The notes under the pieces are model-generated. The model had not been told where the DNA came from. It made no database searches and saw only the letters and a program-made list of their open reading frames with translations. A stretch of DNA of 64,000 bases, taken from the NCBI GenBank assembly GCA_951406725.2, contig OX597838.1, positions 21,204,001-21,268,000 of the forward strand, read 5' to 3'. Shown here in pieces: positions 11,015 to 24,177 of the stretch (the first letter of the stretch is position 1; every line of letters begins with the position of its first letter). A program made the position numbers and the translations under genes. The stretch comes from Octopus vulgaris. Its lineage: Eukaryota.

Positions 11015-11412
11015 CTAGCAGTATCGCCCGGCGTTGCTCGGGTTTGTAAGGGAAATAACTATATAAGCATTTTTAGAGAGTTATAGCCAAAAAATAGCAA
11101 AAACATGCATTAAAAATGGAAAAAAAATTATGGTAATTTTTTTTTTAAATCGTTGACTCATCGTAGACATTTTTAGAGAGTTACTTCCCTTATATAATAG
11201 CGAAAAAATGCATTAAAATGGAAAAAAATGATGGTAAATTTTTTTTTAAATCGTAGACTTATCGTAGACGCGCGCTAATACCCAGAAGGGCTCGATATGA
11301 ATCACGACTATAAGATACCCAGTTTTGGTTAAACTGCACCGCAAAATGTGGGAGTAGTTAGGAATCTAAATCGTAGGAGACAGACACACAACTTGACTTT
11401 TATATATAAAGA
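11015..11412 (-). mobile_element. Complete non-autonomous Helitron with an internal ~100-bp tandem duplication
   Basis: Minus strand A|TCTTTATATATAAAAG ... CCCGAGCAACGCCGGG hairpin ... CTAG|T; no TSD. Confidence 0.85.
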
Positions 11413-12025
11413 TATCTTGCCAATAGAGAAAGAGCTCGTTTCTAACCTAGATCCAAAGCTCATTGGAATATGTGCAGTGCGTGTACCCCTGTATGACTTT
11501 GGTAACACCTTGTGTATTCAGCCAGTTACTTGTGGATGTATGCATAACTGGAAGGACAAATTCATATTTACTTTAGTAAATACATACATGTCAGTAGACA
11601 TTCTTGCTTCACATGTGCACTATCCCCAAATCGACCATGGTGCTTTTACTATTTAAATACCTGATTCTTTCAAATCCTGAAAATTCATATATATATACAT
11701 ATATCAATATGTGAGTATATATATATATCACCGTGATCACCGTGACCGACCAGGCTATCAGATGTTGCTATACATCGCTGGTCACAATGCGCTTCACATT
11801 GCTTTAGCCTTCAAATGATGCCACCCTGCTGGCTAAGCGAGCAGGCCAACAGAAGAAAGAGTGAGAGAAAGTTGTGGCAAAAGAGTACAGCAGGGATCGC
11901 CACCATCCTCTGCCGGAAGCCGCGTGGAGCTTTAAGTATTTTCGCTCAATAAACACTCACAACACCCGGTCTGGGAATTGAAACCGCGAGTCCGCTGCCC
12001 TAACCACTGGGCCATTGCACTTCCA

Positions 12026-12057
<32 letters not shown>

Positions 12058-12058
12058 C

Positions 12059-12118
<60 letters not shown>

Positions 12119-12153
12119 TTTACACTTTTACTTGTTTCTTTTGCCATATATAT

Positions 12154-12491
12154 GTGAAGGTGCATGGCTCAGTGGTTAGAGCATCGAGCTTTCGATCGTG
12201 AGGTTGTGAGTTCGAATCCTGGACCGGGCTGCGTGTTATGTTCTTGAGCAAGACACTTTATTTCATGTTGCTCCAGTTCACTCAGCTGTGGAAATGAGTT
12301 GCGACGTCACAGGTACCAAGCTGTATCGGCTCCTTTGCCTTTCCCTTGGATAACATTGATAGCAAGGAGAGGGCAGGCTGGTATGCAAGGGTGATTGCTG
12401 GTCTTCAATAAACAACCTTGCCTGGACTTGTGCCTTGGAGGGTAACTTTCTAGGTGCCATCCCATGGTTAGTCATGACTGAAGGGGGTCTC
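12154..12491 (+). mobile_element. tRNA-derived SINE (GTGAAGG.GCATGGCTCAGTGG head); copies at 15815-16152(-), 33904-34238, 47118-47441, 51739-52066
   Basis: A box TGGCTCAGTGG, B box GAGTTCGAATCC; conserved body among five copies. Confidence 0.88.
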
Positions 12492-12727
12492 ATATGGCTT
12501 GGTTGCTATTTAGTTAATTTAGGAGTTAGCTATAGGTTTACTTATTGAAGTTTTAGTCAAACAAGTCAACCCCAGGACTTATTTGTTTAAAGTTTAATAC
12601 TTATTCTATTGGTCTCTTTTGATGAACAGTTAAGTCACGGGGGACACAAGCACACATACACACACACACACACACATACATACATCAACATCAGCTGTCA
12701 AGTGGTGGTGAGGGACAAACATACACA

Positions 12728-12766
<39 letters not shown>

Positions 12767-13047
12767 CAGGCTTCTTTCAGTTTCCGTCCACCAAATCCAC
12801 TCTCACAAGGCTTTGGTGCTGCTGACACTGCTGGATTGAATGGTACTATCCAGGTGTGGAAGACATTATTTACTTAGAAGCCAATATAAGGGACACCTGT
12901 CCAGGTGTCACACAACGAGATTGAACCTAAACCCATAGCATTGTGACATAAACCTGTTAAACACATGACTCTCTACAATACTTTAGCGAGAGTAAGAAGA
13001 GGAGATGCTGTTGCAACATGTTCTCCTGTAGATAATGGTTCACCCAC

Positions 13048-13185
13048 CAGTCTGGCAATTGCTTCCTTTGTAACCAGCTGCACATCCTCCACTCGAACAT
13101 ATTCCAGAAGCTCTGTTGCATTTACTGTCGTCTGCACAGTGACACAGATTCTTGCAGTTTGGTCCAAATCTTCCACGAGCACAGA
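13048..13185 (-). CDS. EGF exon (138 nt): CARGRFGPNCKNLCHCADDSKCNRASGICSSGGCAAGYKGSNCQT
   Basis: Acceptor TTCACATTCCAG after a poly-T tract, donor G|GTGGGT. Confidence 0.92.
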
Positions 13186-13344
13186 CTGGAATGTGAAAAA
13201 AAAAAAAAAGAAGTTAAAAGAAGCCAAGATGAAAAGCAACAGAACAAAAGAAGAAAAAATAAACAGAATTAAAAACAATGGACAAAATACATCAGATAAA
13301 TATCAAAGAGTTGATATTTCAGTTGAGAGAACAAATGGACTCAC

Positions 13345-13968
13345 TCAGGCGGTGAGCTGGCAGAAACGTTAGCACGCTGGGCGTAATGCTTAGCAGTATT
13401 TCGTCTGTCTTTACGTTCTGAGTTCAAATTCCATTGAGGTTGACTTTGCCTTTCATCCTTTCGGGGTTGATTAAATAAGTACCAGTAAAGCACTGGGGTC
13501 AATATAATTGACTTAATCCATTTGTCTGTCCCTGTTTGTCCCCTCCGAGTGTGTAGCCCCTTGTGAGCAGTAAAAAAATAAGTATTTTGTCTGCCGTTAC
13601 GTTTTGAGTTCAAATTCTGCAAAGGTCGACTTTGCCTTTCATCCTTTCGGGGTCGATAAATTAAGTACCAGTTATGCACTGGAGTCGATGTAATCAACTT
13701 AATCCCTTTGTCTGTCCTTGTTTCTCCCCTCTATGTTTAGCCCCTCGTGGGTAATAAAGAAATAAGAAATGTTAGCACACTGGACGAAATGCTTAACGGT
13801 ATTTCGTCTGCTGTTACATTCTGAGTTCAAATTCTGCCGAGGTCGACTTTGCCTTTCATTTTTTCGGGGTCGATAAATTAAGTACCAGTTACACACTGGG
13901 GTCGACTTAATCCCTTTGTCCTTGTTTGTCCCCTCTATGTTTAGCCCCATGTGGGCAATAAGGAAATA
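13345..13968 (+). mobile_element. Three-unit head-to-tail multimer of SINE family GGCGG(C/T)GAGCTGGCAGAA, bounded by a 17-bp TSD; other arrays at 25215-26045, 30860-31630(-), 40980-41397, 47930-48337(-), 48697-49107
   Basis: Repeating ~180-200-bp unit with B box GAGTTCAAATTCC; TSD agaacaaatggactcac at 13328-13344 and 13969-13985. Confidence 0.85.
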
Positions 13969-14466
13969 AGAACAAATGGACTCACATCATTCTTCTCCGT
14001 ATTTGTGTGAGTATCTATGTATGCACCACTGTATGCATGTAGGCCATTTTTCATTTTATTTCAAAAGCAACAAGCTGGCTTCTGTGCTGGTGGCATGTAA
14101 AAAACACCATTCAAATATGATCGTTACCTGCGTAGCTTTACTGGCAGTTGTGCTGATGGCATGTGAAAAAGCATTCGAGCGAGGTCGTTGCCAGTGCCGC
14201 TGGACTGGCTCCTGTGCAGGTCGCACATAAAAAGCACCATTTGAGCATGGCCGTTGCCAGTACCGCCTGATTGGCCCTTTGCATTTTGATATTGATAGAT
14301 ATCCCATGATCATGTGATCAGCAAGCTTTCAGATGTTATGCATCACTGGTCACAATGCACTTTGCATCGTTTTAGCTTTTGAATGATGCCACCCCACTGG
14401 CTAGGCAGGCCAAACCCATATTACCCCTAATCAGAATGCTTTCCACTGCAGGGTTACCCCTTTGCA

Positions 14467-14594
14467 GCCATTAACACAAAGAATGTTTTCTCAAGAAATA
14501 AATCTCAGCAAAAATGCCAAAATGTAAAAATGTAACATTTTGGCGTTTTTGCTTAGGATTTTTTCCTTGAGAACACATTCTTCGTGGTAATGGC
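14467..14594. repeat. Imperfect palindrome / foldback MITE-like element
   Basis: gccattaacac...caaaatgt and acattttgg...gtggtaatggc are reverse complements with mismatches. Confidence 0.7.
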
Positions 14595-14757
14595 GATTTG
14601 ACGTCTATGTTTAGCATATAGGGTGTCCACTTTAGTGGTCATTCCTCTTAATTTTGTATGTAACACAATTTTTAATCTTCAGATTTTTAAATATGCTAAT
14701 CCACTGGTTTTAATTGATTAACATCAATTTCTACCCTTATTATTTAATTTTATATAT

Positions 14758-15180
14758 ATCTATCTATCTATCTATCTGCTCAGGCGAATTCGACTCTCGG
14801 TTACTCATTGGATCAGTGTCCTCCAGTCAGTTCTACCCTGGGCCGTTTCTTTCAGATTGGCTATGTCCTTTCCGGTATCACTCTTGATGGTGTCAAGCCA
14901 GCGGGTTCTTGGTCGGCCTCTTCCTCTCTTGCCACTGACCATTCTGAGCATGATGTCCTTCTCCAGGTATTTTCTCCGCATAATATGACCGAAATATGCC
15001 AATCTATGCTTGGTGATCCTAGCTTCTAGTGACATTTTTGGCCTGATTTGCTTAAGAACTTCTCCATTGGTGAGCTTCGCTGTCCATGGAATCCGTAAAA
15101 GTCTTCTCCAACACCAAAGCTCGAATGCATTAATTCTCTTCTGGTCAGCTTTCTTTAGTGTCCAGGTCTCGCATCCATAT
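14758..15180 (-). mobile_element. RTE-clade (BovB-like) LINE 3' fragment with (GATA)n tail; shorter copy at 44450-44580
   Basis: YGCETWTL, AFELWCWRRLLRIPWT, YFGHIMRR, GKRGRGRPRTRWLD. Confidence 0.9.
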
Positions 15181-15429
15181 GTATATATATATATACACAC
15201 ACATACACATATCAAATTCTCTCACAAGGTTTTGGTCAGCCCAAGTTTATAGTAAAAACACTTGTCAAAGGTGCTACACAATGGGACTGAACTCAGAACC
15301 ATGTGGCTGGAAAGCAAAATTCTTACCACACAACTGCCAGTAAAGCGACGCAGGTAACGATCATATTTGAATGGTGTTTTTTACATGCCATGACTGCACC
15401 TATTTGCATAAATATTCCATTAAACTTAC

Positions 15430-15567
15430 CTGTTTGACAGGTGTCACCCATGTAACCAGCTGCACACCCTCCACTAGAACAGATTCCAGTTTCAGCGATG
15501 CACTTGCTGTTGTCAGCACAATGGCATGTGCCTGCACAATTGGCACCAAATTTCCCTGTTGCACATT
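15430..15567 (-). CDS. EGF exon (138 nt): CATGKFGANCAGTCHCADNSKCIAETGICSSGGCAAGYMGDTCQT
   Basis: Acceptor TTTGTAG, donor CAG|GTAAGT. Confidence 0.93.
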
Positions 15568-17924
15568 CTACAAAGTAAAGGCAGAAGGAGAAGTTATGAA
15601 GTTTCATTTCATCAATTATTTGTGACAAACTGACGTTCAACTTAACAATATTCAGAGCAAGGATTAACTTTTTAGTATTCAAACCAGCCATATTAGGCCA
15701 AAATATTTTGCCTGTTTTATGTTCAAACCAGCCAGACTCTGCCTCTCACACCTACCCTTCAATGTCATTCTAATGGCAACCCTATAACATTCAGATTACT
15801 TTCTCAAATGTGCTGAGACCCCCTTTGGTCATGAATGACCATGCGATTGATTGCACCTAGAAAGTTACCGTCCCAGGTACAAGTCCAGGTTGTTTATGGA
15901 AGGCCAGCAGTCTCCCATGCATACCAGCCTCCCCTCTCCACACCACTGATGTTATCCAAGAGAAAGGCAAAGAGGCCGATACAGCTTGGCACCAGTGGAT
16001 GTTGCAACTCATTTCTACAGCTGTGTGAACTGGAGTAACGTGAAATAAAGTGTCTTGCTTAAGAACACAACACATAGCTCGGTCTAGGATTCGAACTCAC
16101 AACCTCACGATCGTAAGCTCGACGCTCTAACCACTGAGCCATGTGCCTTCACAAATGCAATGCTTACTTATTCACGTTGTTTTGAATTAATCGTGCTTTA
16201 TCTTGTAGATTCAAGATTTTGAAGATGTGATTGTTTATTTATAGAATGGCATTGTAGGGTAGGTGTTAGAGGCCAAATATGGCCAGTTAAACCATTTAGC
16301 ATTCAGATTACTCAGTCAAATGTAATGATTATTTATTCACATTGTGTTGAATTAATCCCGTATTATCAAGTAACTTTGAGATTTAAATGATTTGATCATT
16401 TGTTTTTAGAATGACATTGTTAGGTAGGTGTGAGAGGCCAAATATGGCCAGTTAAACCCTTTAGCATTCAGATCACTCTGTCAAATGTAATGATTATTTA
16501 TTCATTTTTTTACTCTTTTACTTGTTTCAGTCATTTTACTGTGGCCATGCTGGAGCACTGCCTTTAGTCGAGCAAATCGACCCCAGGACTTATTCTTTGT
16601 TAGCCTAATACTTATTCTATCGGTCTCTTTTGCTGAACCGCTAAGTTACGGGGATGTAGACACACCAGCATAGGTTGTCAAAAGATGTTGGGGGACAAAC
16701 AGACACACAAACAACTTAGCTTTTCATCTCTTGGGAGTCAGTAAAATAAAGTATGAGTTAAATACTGAGTCATTTGAACCAAGTAACTCCTTACCTGAAA
16801 ATTGGTGGCCATCCCTCTAAATCAGAAACCATCACCAACATTATTATTATTAAGGCGGTAAACTGACAAAGTTGTTAGAACGCTGGGCCCAATGCATAGC
16901 CATATTTCATCCGTCTCCAGGTTCTCTGTTAAAATTCTGTGTGAGGTCAACTTTGCCTTTTATCGTTTTGGGCTCGATAAAATAAGTACCAGTTAAACAC
17001 TGGGGTCTATGCAATTGGACTTAACCCACCCCCTCCCACTTCCCCTGAAATTGCTAGCCTTGTGTCAAAATGTCAAAATTTGAAATCATTGTTATTAGTA
17101 CTTGATGAAAACTCTCAGCTGGGTATGATGGAAAGTGTCAGCTTCCCATAGCTGACTCAGGTGACACCTGTTTACTAGTCAGACTCCAAGAACCCCGCAG
17201 AGAATTCTTGCAGGTCCAAGCAATGCTGATTTATGTGGGAAATTCTATCTTTAAATTTTGAGCCATGTTGGTAGTTGAGTGCTGATACTTCCAAGCGAAC
17301 CAATCACTACTGGTATCATGTCCCCTTTTTTTCATTGCCCACAACCTACGTATTTCCCATTTTAGTTCATTACTATTATTGTTGTTGTTGTCATAATCGT
17401 CGTTACTATCTTTACTCTTTTACTTGTTTCAGTCATTTGACTGTGGCCATGCTGGAGCACCACCTTTAGTCAAGCAAATCGACCCCAGGACTTATTCTTT
17501 GTAAGCCTAGTACTTATTCTATTGGTCTCTTTTGCCAAACCGCTAAGTTACTGGGATGTCAACACACCAGCATCGGTTATCAAGCGATGCTGGGGGAACA
17601 AACACAGACACACAAATACACACACACACATATATGACGGGCTTTTCTCAGTTTCCGCCTACCAAATCCACTCACAAGGCTTTGGTTGGCCTGAGGCTAT
17701 AGTAGAAGTCACTTGCCCAAGGTGCCATGCAGTGGGACTGAACCTGGATCCATGCGGTTCGTAAGCAAGCTACATACCACACAGCCTGTTATTTTTTTAT
17801 CATCATCATCATCATCATCATCATTATTATTATTATTATTATTATTATGATTATTATTTTTATCATTATTATTATCATTATTATTATTATTATTATCGTT
17901 ATTATCATCATCATCATCATTATT

Positions 17925-18450
17925 CAACATTTGGTAGTTTCATGCATTTTTTGTACTGCATGACCTGCTACACCCCCCTGTTGCTGAGTTTGTGCGTGCA
18001 GCATTGTATGTTCTTTTTTGTTGTTGGGGAGTGTGAACTCTTCTCGTTAATTGTGTTGCGTCAGTTTCGTTTTTCTTTTATGAGGTGTGGTGCAGCCTTT
18101 TGTTGCATTACTGTTTGTATTGTGTCTTGTGTGTGTAATGTGTTGGGTATCCAGTCTGCTGGTGGAATTTTATTGAATTGGATATTTCCTGTCTGTTTAG
18201 TGTTTTGTGTCTGTGGATTGCGTTGGTTAGTTTGTATTATTAAATTGATAGTGTCTTGCATAGGATATGGGTTTCCAAGTGCACCAGTTACTATTGGTAT
18301 CATGTCTACTCTTTTCATTGGCCACAACCTTCGTATTTCTGCTCTGTTGTCTATTCTGTATTTTATGTAGTTTGTCCTTAGTACTTGATTGTAAGATATT
18401 TTATTAGTTGAATGATATTTCAACAGTACATCTGTCTTTGTCAAGATCAA
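17925..18450 (-). mobile_element. Rearranged R4/Dong-like LINE 3' fragment adjoining an (ATT/ATC)n tract
   Basis: QVLRTNYIKYRIDNRAEIRRLWPMKRVDMIPIVTGALG; shares segments with the 18590-19310 copy. Confidence 0.65.
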
Positions 18451-18589
18451 AATAAGAAGTGATAAAAATTCAAAATTGCAGAAATTTTAATTTAATTTAT
18501 GAATGAGAGCAACCAGCATCCACACGTTGATGGAATGACATCATGAGTCTTTAAGTTTCAATTTTATAACATTATTATTATCATTATTG

Positions 18590-19308
18590 CCTTTGCACAG
18601 CTTCTAACGCTGGAGATGTACTACAGTGTCAGCTGTTCACTACCAGTGAACTAAGGTAATACCTCTTATTTTTCGAGCACCTTCCGGAGTATTCGAGCGG
18701 TTCCAAGCAGTGCTGTTTTCTGAATGTACTCCACCCTTATTGCAGCCCCTATTTGTTCCATGTACTTCTTGAGATTTTTGCTCACTGTTCCCAGAGCTCC
18801 AACATTTATTGGTACTACTGCTACCTTTTTCATCGACCACAACTGCTTAACTTCCCAAGCTAACCTGTCATATCTATCAACTTTTCTTTCTTCCTCATCA
18901 CATACCTTGTTGTCAGCTATATCTATGATCCAGCATAGTTTGTTTCTTTCTCAATTAAGACTATGTCCGGCTTCCTATTCTCAATCTCATGGTCGCATTG
19001 AATCATAAATCCCATAGGATCTTTGCATTTCCAGTTTTGACGATGCCTTCAGGTTTATGTTCAATCCAATTTTTTTCTTTATCAAGTCCATACTTGTTGC
19101 AAAGTGTCCAATGGACAAGCCTGGCTATATTGTCGTGGCGTCTCTTATATTCCTTCTGGGCCAGTGGCATACATTGGCTGGTAATATGCCATACGGTTTC
19201 ACTGTTTTGTCCATAGATTCTGCATTTATCACTTTCTGCTCTGATGTCTATTCTGTATTTTATGTAGTTTGTCCTTAGTGCTTGCTCTTAAGCAGCACAG
19301 ATTAGAGC

Positions 19309-19310
<2 letters not shown>
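18590..19310 (-). mobile_element. R4/Dong-like non-LTR retrotransposon 3' fragment (CCHC-like zinc knuckle plus restriction-like endonuclease), decayed
   Basis: CRIYGQNSETVWHITSQC, RHDNIA, KILWDF, RKPDIV, DRYDRLAWEVKQLW, VVPINVGALG; flanked by (TAA)n on both sides. Confidence 0.85.
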
Positions 19311-19386
<76 letters not shown>

Positions 19387-19625
19387 ATATAAAAACTTGA
19401 TTGGAAGAAGATTTAAAAACCTGATTGGAAGAAGAAGAAGAAGAAGAAGAAGAAGAAGAAGAAGAAGAAGAAATAGAAAGAAAGAAAGAAAGAAGAAGAA
19501 AAAGGTGATGATGCAGAAGAAGAAGAAGAAAAAAAAAGAAGAAGAAGAAGAAGAAGAAGAAGAAGAAGAAAAAGAAGAGGAAGAAGAAAAAGAAGAAGAA
19601 GAAGAAGACAACAGCAGCAGCAACA
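19311..19625. repeat. (ATT)n and (GAA)n microsatellites
   Basis: Directly visible runs. Confidence 0.9.
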
Positions 19626-19682
19626 AAAGGAGGAAAACAAAAGTGACAACAACAGCAATAACAATGATAAAGGTGTACTAAC

Positions 19683-19820
19683 TTTGACAGACGCCGTTTA
19701 CAAGAACGAATCCATTGTTGCAACCATACAGACATTTGCCTGTGAATTGGTTACATTGCTTATTCTTACAGGTAGAACAGTGTTCTTTGCATTTGGCACC
19801 GTAGAATCCAGGTAGACATT
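19683..19820 (-). CDS. EGF exon (138 nt): CLPGFYGAKCKEHCSTCKNKQCNQFTGKCLYGCNNGFVLVNGVCQ
   Basis: Acceptor CCACAG, donor A|GTTAGT, phase 1-1. Confidence 0.9.
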
Positions 19821-20556
19821 CTGTGGAGATGAAACAAGAAAAAAAAAAAATTTGAAAATACCAAAAATAACGAATCTCCCCACCCCTCCCCCAACCCCTC
19901 ACCTACAACCTCTTCAATCTTAATCATCATCACTACCACCGCCACCACCGCCACCACCACCACCACCACTATAATCATCATCATTATTATTTTAATGTCT
20001 GCTTTCTTCCTCATCACATACCTTGTTGTCAGCTACATCTATGATCCAGCATAGTTTGTTTCCTTCTCAATTAAGACTATGTCCGGCTTCCTATTCTCAA
20101 TCTCATGGTCGCATTGAATCATAGGGTCGGATGGAATTTATCTTGGGGCGGGGGGTGAGAGCAGATTTTCTGCAGTTGGATGCCCTTCCTGCCACCAGCT
20201 CTCTGTTATTATACTGAACGATTTGTAGGGGTTTTTTTTAAAATATAAACTGAATGGTTTGTAGCTTGAGGTAAAATTTTTGATATTGTACTAAATAATT
20301 TGTAAGGTTTTTTTTTTTGTGTTGTAGTTTCATTTGTACTCTTTTACTCTTTTATTTGTTTCAGTCATTTGATTGTGGCCATGCTGGAGCACCACCTTTA
20401 GTCAAGCAAATCGACCCCAGAATTTATTCTTTGTAAGCCTAGTACTTATTCTATCGGTCTCTTTTGCCAAACCGCTAAGTAACGGGAGATATAAACACAC
20501 CATCATCGGTTGTCAAGCGATGTTGGGGACAAACAGTCACACAAACATATACACAC

Positions 20557-20595
<39 letters not shown>

Positions 20596-21659
20596 ACGGA
20601 CTTCTTTCAGTTTCCATCTACCAAATCCACTCACCAGGCTTTAGTCAGCCTGAGGCTATAGTAGAAGATATTTGCCCATGGTGTCACGCAGTGGGACTGA
20701 ACCCGGAACCATGTGGTTAGTAAGCAAGGTACTTTCCACACAGCCACTCCTACGTCTGTAGCTTAAAACCTGTATATCAAAGAAGATATCTAAAATATTT
20801 CAGTGGATTAATTTATAAATCTAGCATTAAGTGCCATGAAATATATGTCTTAAGTGTAATCTATATCACTATATCCATTGCTAAATTTAAGATATAAGTT
20901 ATCATCAAAATCTATGAAGTTGAAATGCGAAAAAGTTGTTTGATTTCTTGGTTATTTGTCTCATTTTGGGATGGGAACAGTTTAAGGTGTGGTAGATGGG
21001 GTCGGACTGGCGCCAAAATTTACACTGGGGGGGTAAAATGGGGTGGGCAATGGTGAAAGGAGGGTTGCAAGTTGCTCGGGGCTACCGTTTGGTTGCCATC
21101 ATCACCAGAACCTGAGCAAAGCACAGGTCAAAATAGCTAGTCTTTATATAAAATGATTATAAGTATAAAAATTAAATTTAATAATAATAATAATAATAAT
21201 AATAATATATAAATAATTTTATTAAAGGCCCTATCATGATTAAAAACATTTCTATTCTAAGTACGTATTTCCGGTTATTTTTCCGTAAGCAATGAATGTA
21301 TAAATATATGAATGTTGATTTATGGTGGTATTTTCCTTTGATAAACTCAGTAACTGTGTTTTTTATTTGTAATTTCCGAAGAGTAATGGTTATATTAATA
21401 TGAATAAATAAATTAGAATGATTATTATATATACTCTTTACTCTTTTACTTGTTTCAGTCATTTGACTGTGGCCATGCTGGAGCACCACCTTTAGTCAAG
21501 TAAATTGACCCCAGGACTTATTCTTTGTAAGCCTAGTACTTATTCTATCAGTCTCTTTTGCCGAACTGCTAAGTTACAGGGAGGTAAACACACCAGCATC
21601 GGTTGTCAAGTAATGTTGGGAGGACAAACACAGACACACAAACACATACACACACATAC

Positions 21660-21694
<35 letters not shown>

Positions 21695-22284
21695 CATATA
21701 TACGACAGGCTTCTTTCAGTTTCCGTTTACCAAATCCACTCACAAGGCATTGGTCGGCCCGAGGCTATAGTAGAAGACACTTGCCCAAGGTGCCACGTAG
21801 TGGGACTGAACCCTGAACCATGCGGTCGGTAAGCAAGCTTCCTAACATATTATATACATCTTATCATATAATAAAATGGATTAAATTATCCCTAGATTAA
21901 TATTACTGGAAATTCATAAGAACATTTTATGACCATTGCAATTTTTCTTTACTTATTCTATTTATTTGAATTTTGTTGTTGCTTTTATTATATTTGTTAT
22001 ATTTTTGAATTATTAACACTACACTTGTAAACACAGGTATATTTTAAATCAGTTTCTTTTATGATTTAGTAGTTCTTACTCTTTTTACTTGTTTCAGTCA
22101 TTTGACTGCGGCCATACTGGAGCACCGCCTTTTTTTAGTCGAGCAAATCGACCCTGAGACTTATTCTTTGTAAGCCCAGTACTTATTCTATCGGTCTCTT
22201 TTGCCGAACCGCTAAGTGACGGGGACGTAAACACACCAGCATCGGTTGTCAAGCAATGCTAGGGGGACAAACACAGACACACAA

Positions 22285-22315
<31 letters not shown>

Positions 22316-22848
22316 CACATATATACGACAGGCTTCTTTCAGTTTCCGTCTACCAAATCCACTCACAAGGCATTGGTTGGCCTGGGGCTATAGCAGAAGA
22401 CACTTGCCCAAGATGCCACGCAGTGGGACTGAACCCGGAACCATGTGGTTGGTTAGCAAGCTACTTACCACACAGCCACTCCTGTGCCTATATGGAATTT
22501 TTGTGTTTTTTGAACAAATATTACCCTGAGGAGACTCATATGCATAAATGGGAATTTTATAAATTCACTTGAGGATATGAGTTGAAACAAATTGTCGGAT
22601 TTATATTTGTTTTAATTATTTGTTATATTATATCATATCATATCATCTTATATTATATTATATCTTTTTATGGTATAATTATATCATATTATAATGTAAA
22701 TAAATTTTTAATATGTCAATTGTATTTCTCTATTTCCTTTAATATTTGTATATTGTAATTATACCATTTTTTTGTGGTATTCAGTTGAAGTACTAGTGAA
22801 AATTGGATGTTTTCCGTCCTTTAGAAGAAAATGGTTTTTGCCTTGGTA

Positions 22849-22885
<37 letters not shown>

Positions 22886-22984
22886 TATACATATACACAC
22901 AGACACACACATATTCATACATACACACACACATACATACATACATACATATATACATACATACATATATACATACATATATAC

Positions 22985-23059
<75 letters not shown>

Positions 23060-24009
23060 TACATACATATATATCATCATCATTATCGTTTAATGACTGC
23101 TTTCCATGGTGGCATGGGTTGTACGGTTTGACCGAGGACTGGTGAGCCAGAGGCTGCACCTGGCTGAATCTGATCAGGCAAAGTTTCTACAGCTGGATGC
23201 CCTTCCTAATGCCAACCACTCCGAGAGTGTAGTGGGTGCTTTTACGTGCTACTGGCACGAGGGCCAGTCAGGCAATTCTGGCAACAACCTCACTCAAAAG
23301 ATGTTTATTATGTGCTACCTGCACAGGAGCCAGTCTGGCGCCACTGGCAACAACCACGCTCGAATGTTGTTTTTCACATGCCACCGGTACAGGAGCCAAT
23401 CCGTGGCCCTGGCAACAATCATGCTCAGATGTGCTTTTAACGTTCCACTGGCATGAGTGCCAATCAGGCGGTACCATCATTGGCCATGTCAGCGATTTTG
23501 ATTTGTTTTCATTTGCCTTAATAGGTCTTTGCAAGCAAAGTTCATTGTCCAATGAGTGAGGGGTACTCATGAGTGGGCCAGTTACACCCTATGTTCGGAT
23601 GTGCTTTTAACGTTCCACTTGCACGAGTGCCAATCAGGTGGTACTGTCATCGGCCACATCAGCAATTTTGATTTTGATTTCACTTGCCTCAATAGGTCTT
23701 CACAAGCAAAAAAAATTGTCCAAAGAATGAGGGTTATTCATAAGTGGGCTGGTTAGACACACTGGCATAGGCCATGGTCCATGGTCACACTTATATATAG
23801 ATACATATACATATATATGACAGGCTTCTTACAGCTTCCTCCTCCCAAATCCACACTCACAAGGCCCTTGGTTGGCCTGAGAGGCTATAGTAGAAAACAC
23901 TTGCCCAAGGCGCCATGCAGTGGGACTGAACCCAGAAGCACGTGGTTGAGAAGCAAGCTTCTTACCACACAGCTATGCCTGCACCTATTATTTTATTATA
24001 TACACACAT

Positions 24010-24137
24010 CATGAACATCATTGTTTGATATGCACTTTCCCATGAACATCATTGTTTGATATGCACTTTCCCATGAACATCATTGTTTGATATGCACTTT
24101 CCCATGAACATTATTGTTTGATATGCACTTTCCCATG
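24010..24137. repeat. 31-bp tandem repeat, 4 copies
   Basis: catgaacatcattgtttgatatgcactttcc at 24010, 24041, 24072, 24103. Confidence 0.93.
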
Positions 24138-24177
24138 CTTGCATGGGTTGGATGGAATTTATTGAGAGTATACTTAC

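Noticed and set aside
12154-12230. tRNA genes
   Set aside because: A/B-box heads continue into SINE bodies, occur as multiple diverged copies and lack a convincing acceptor stem.
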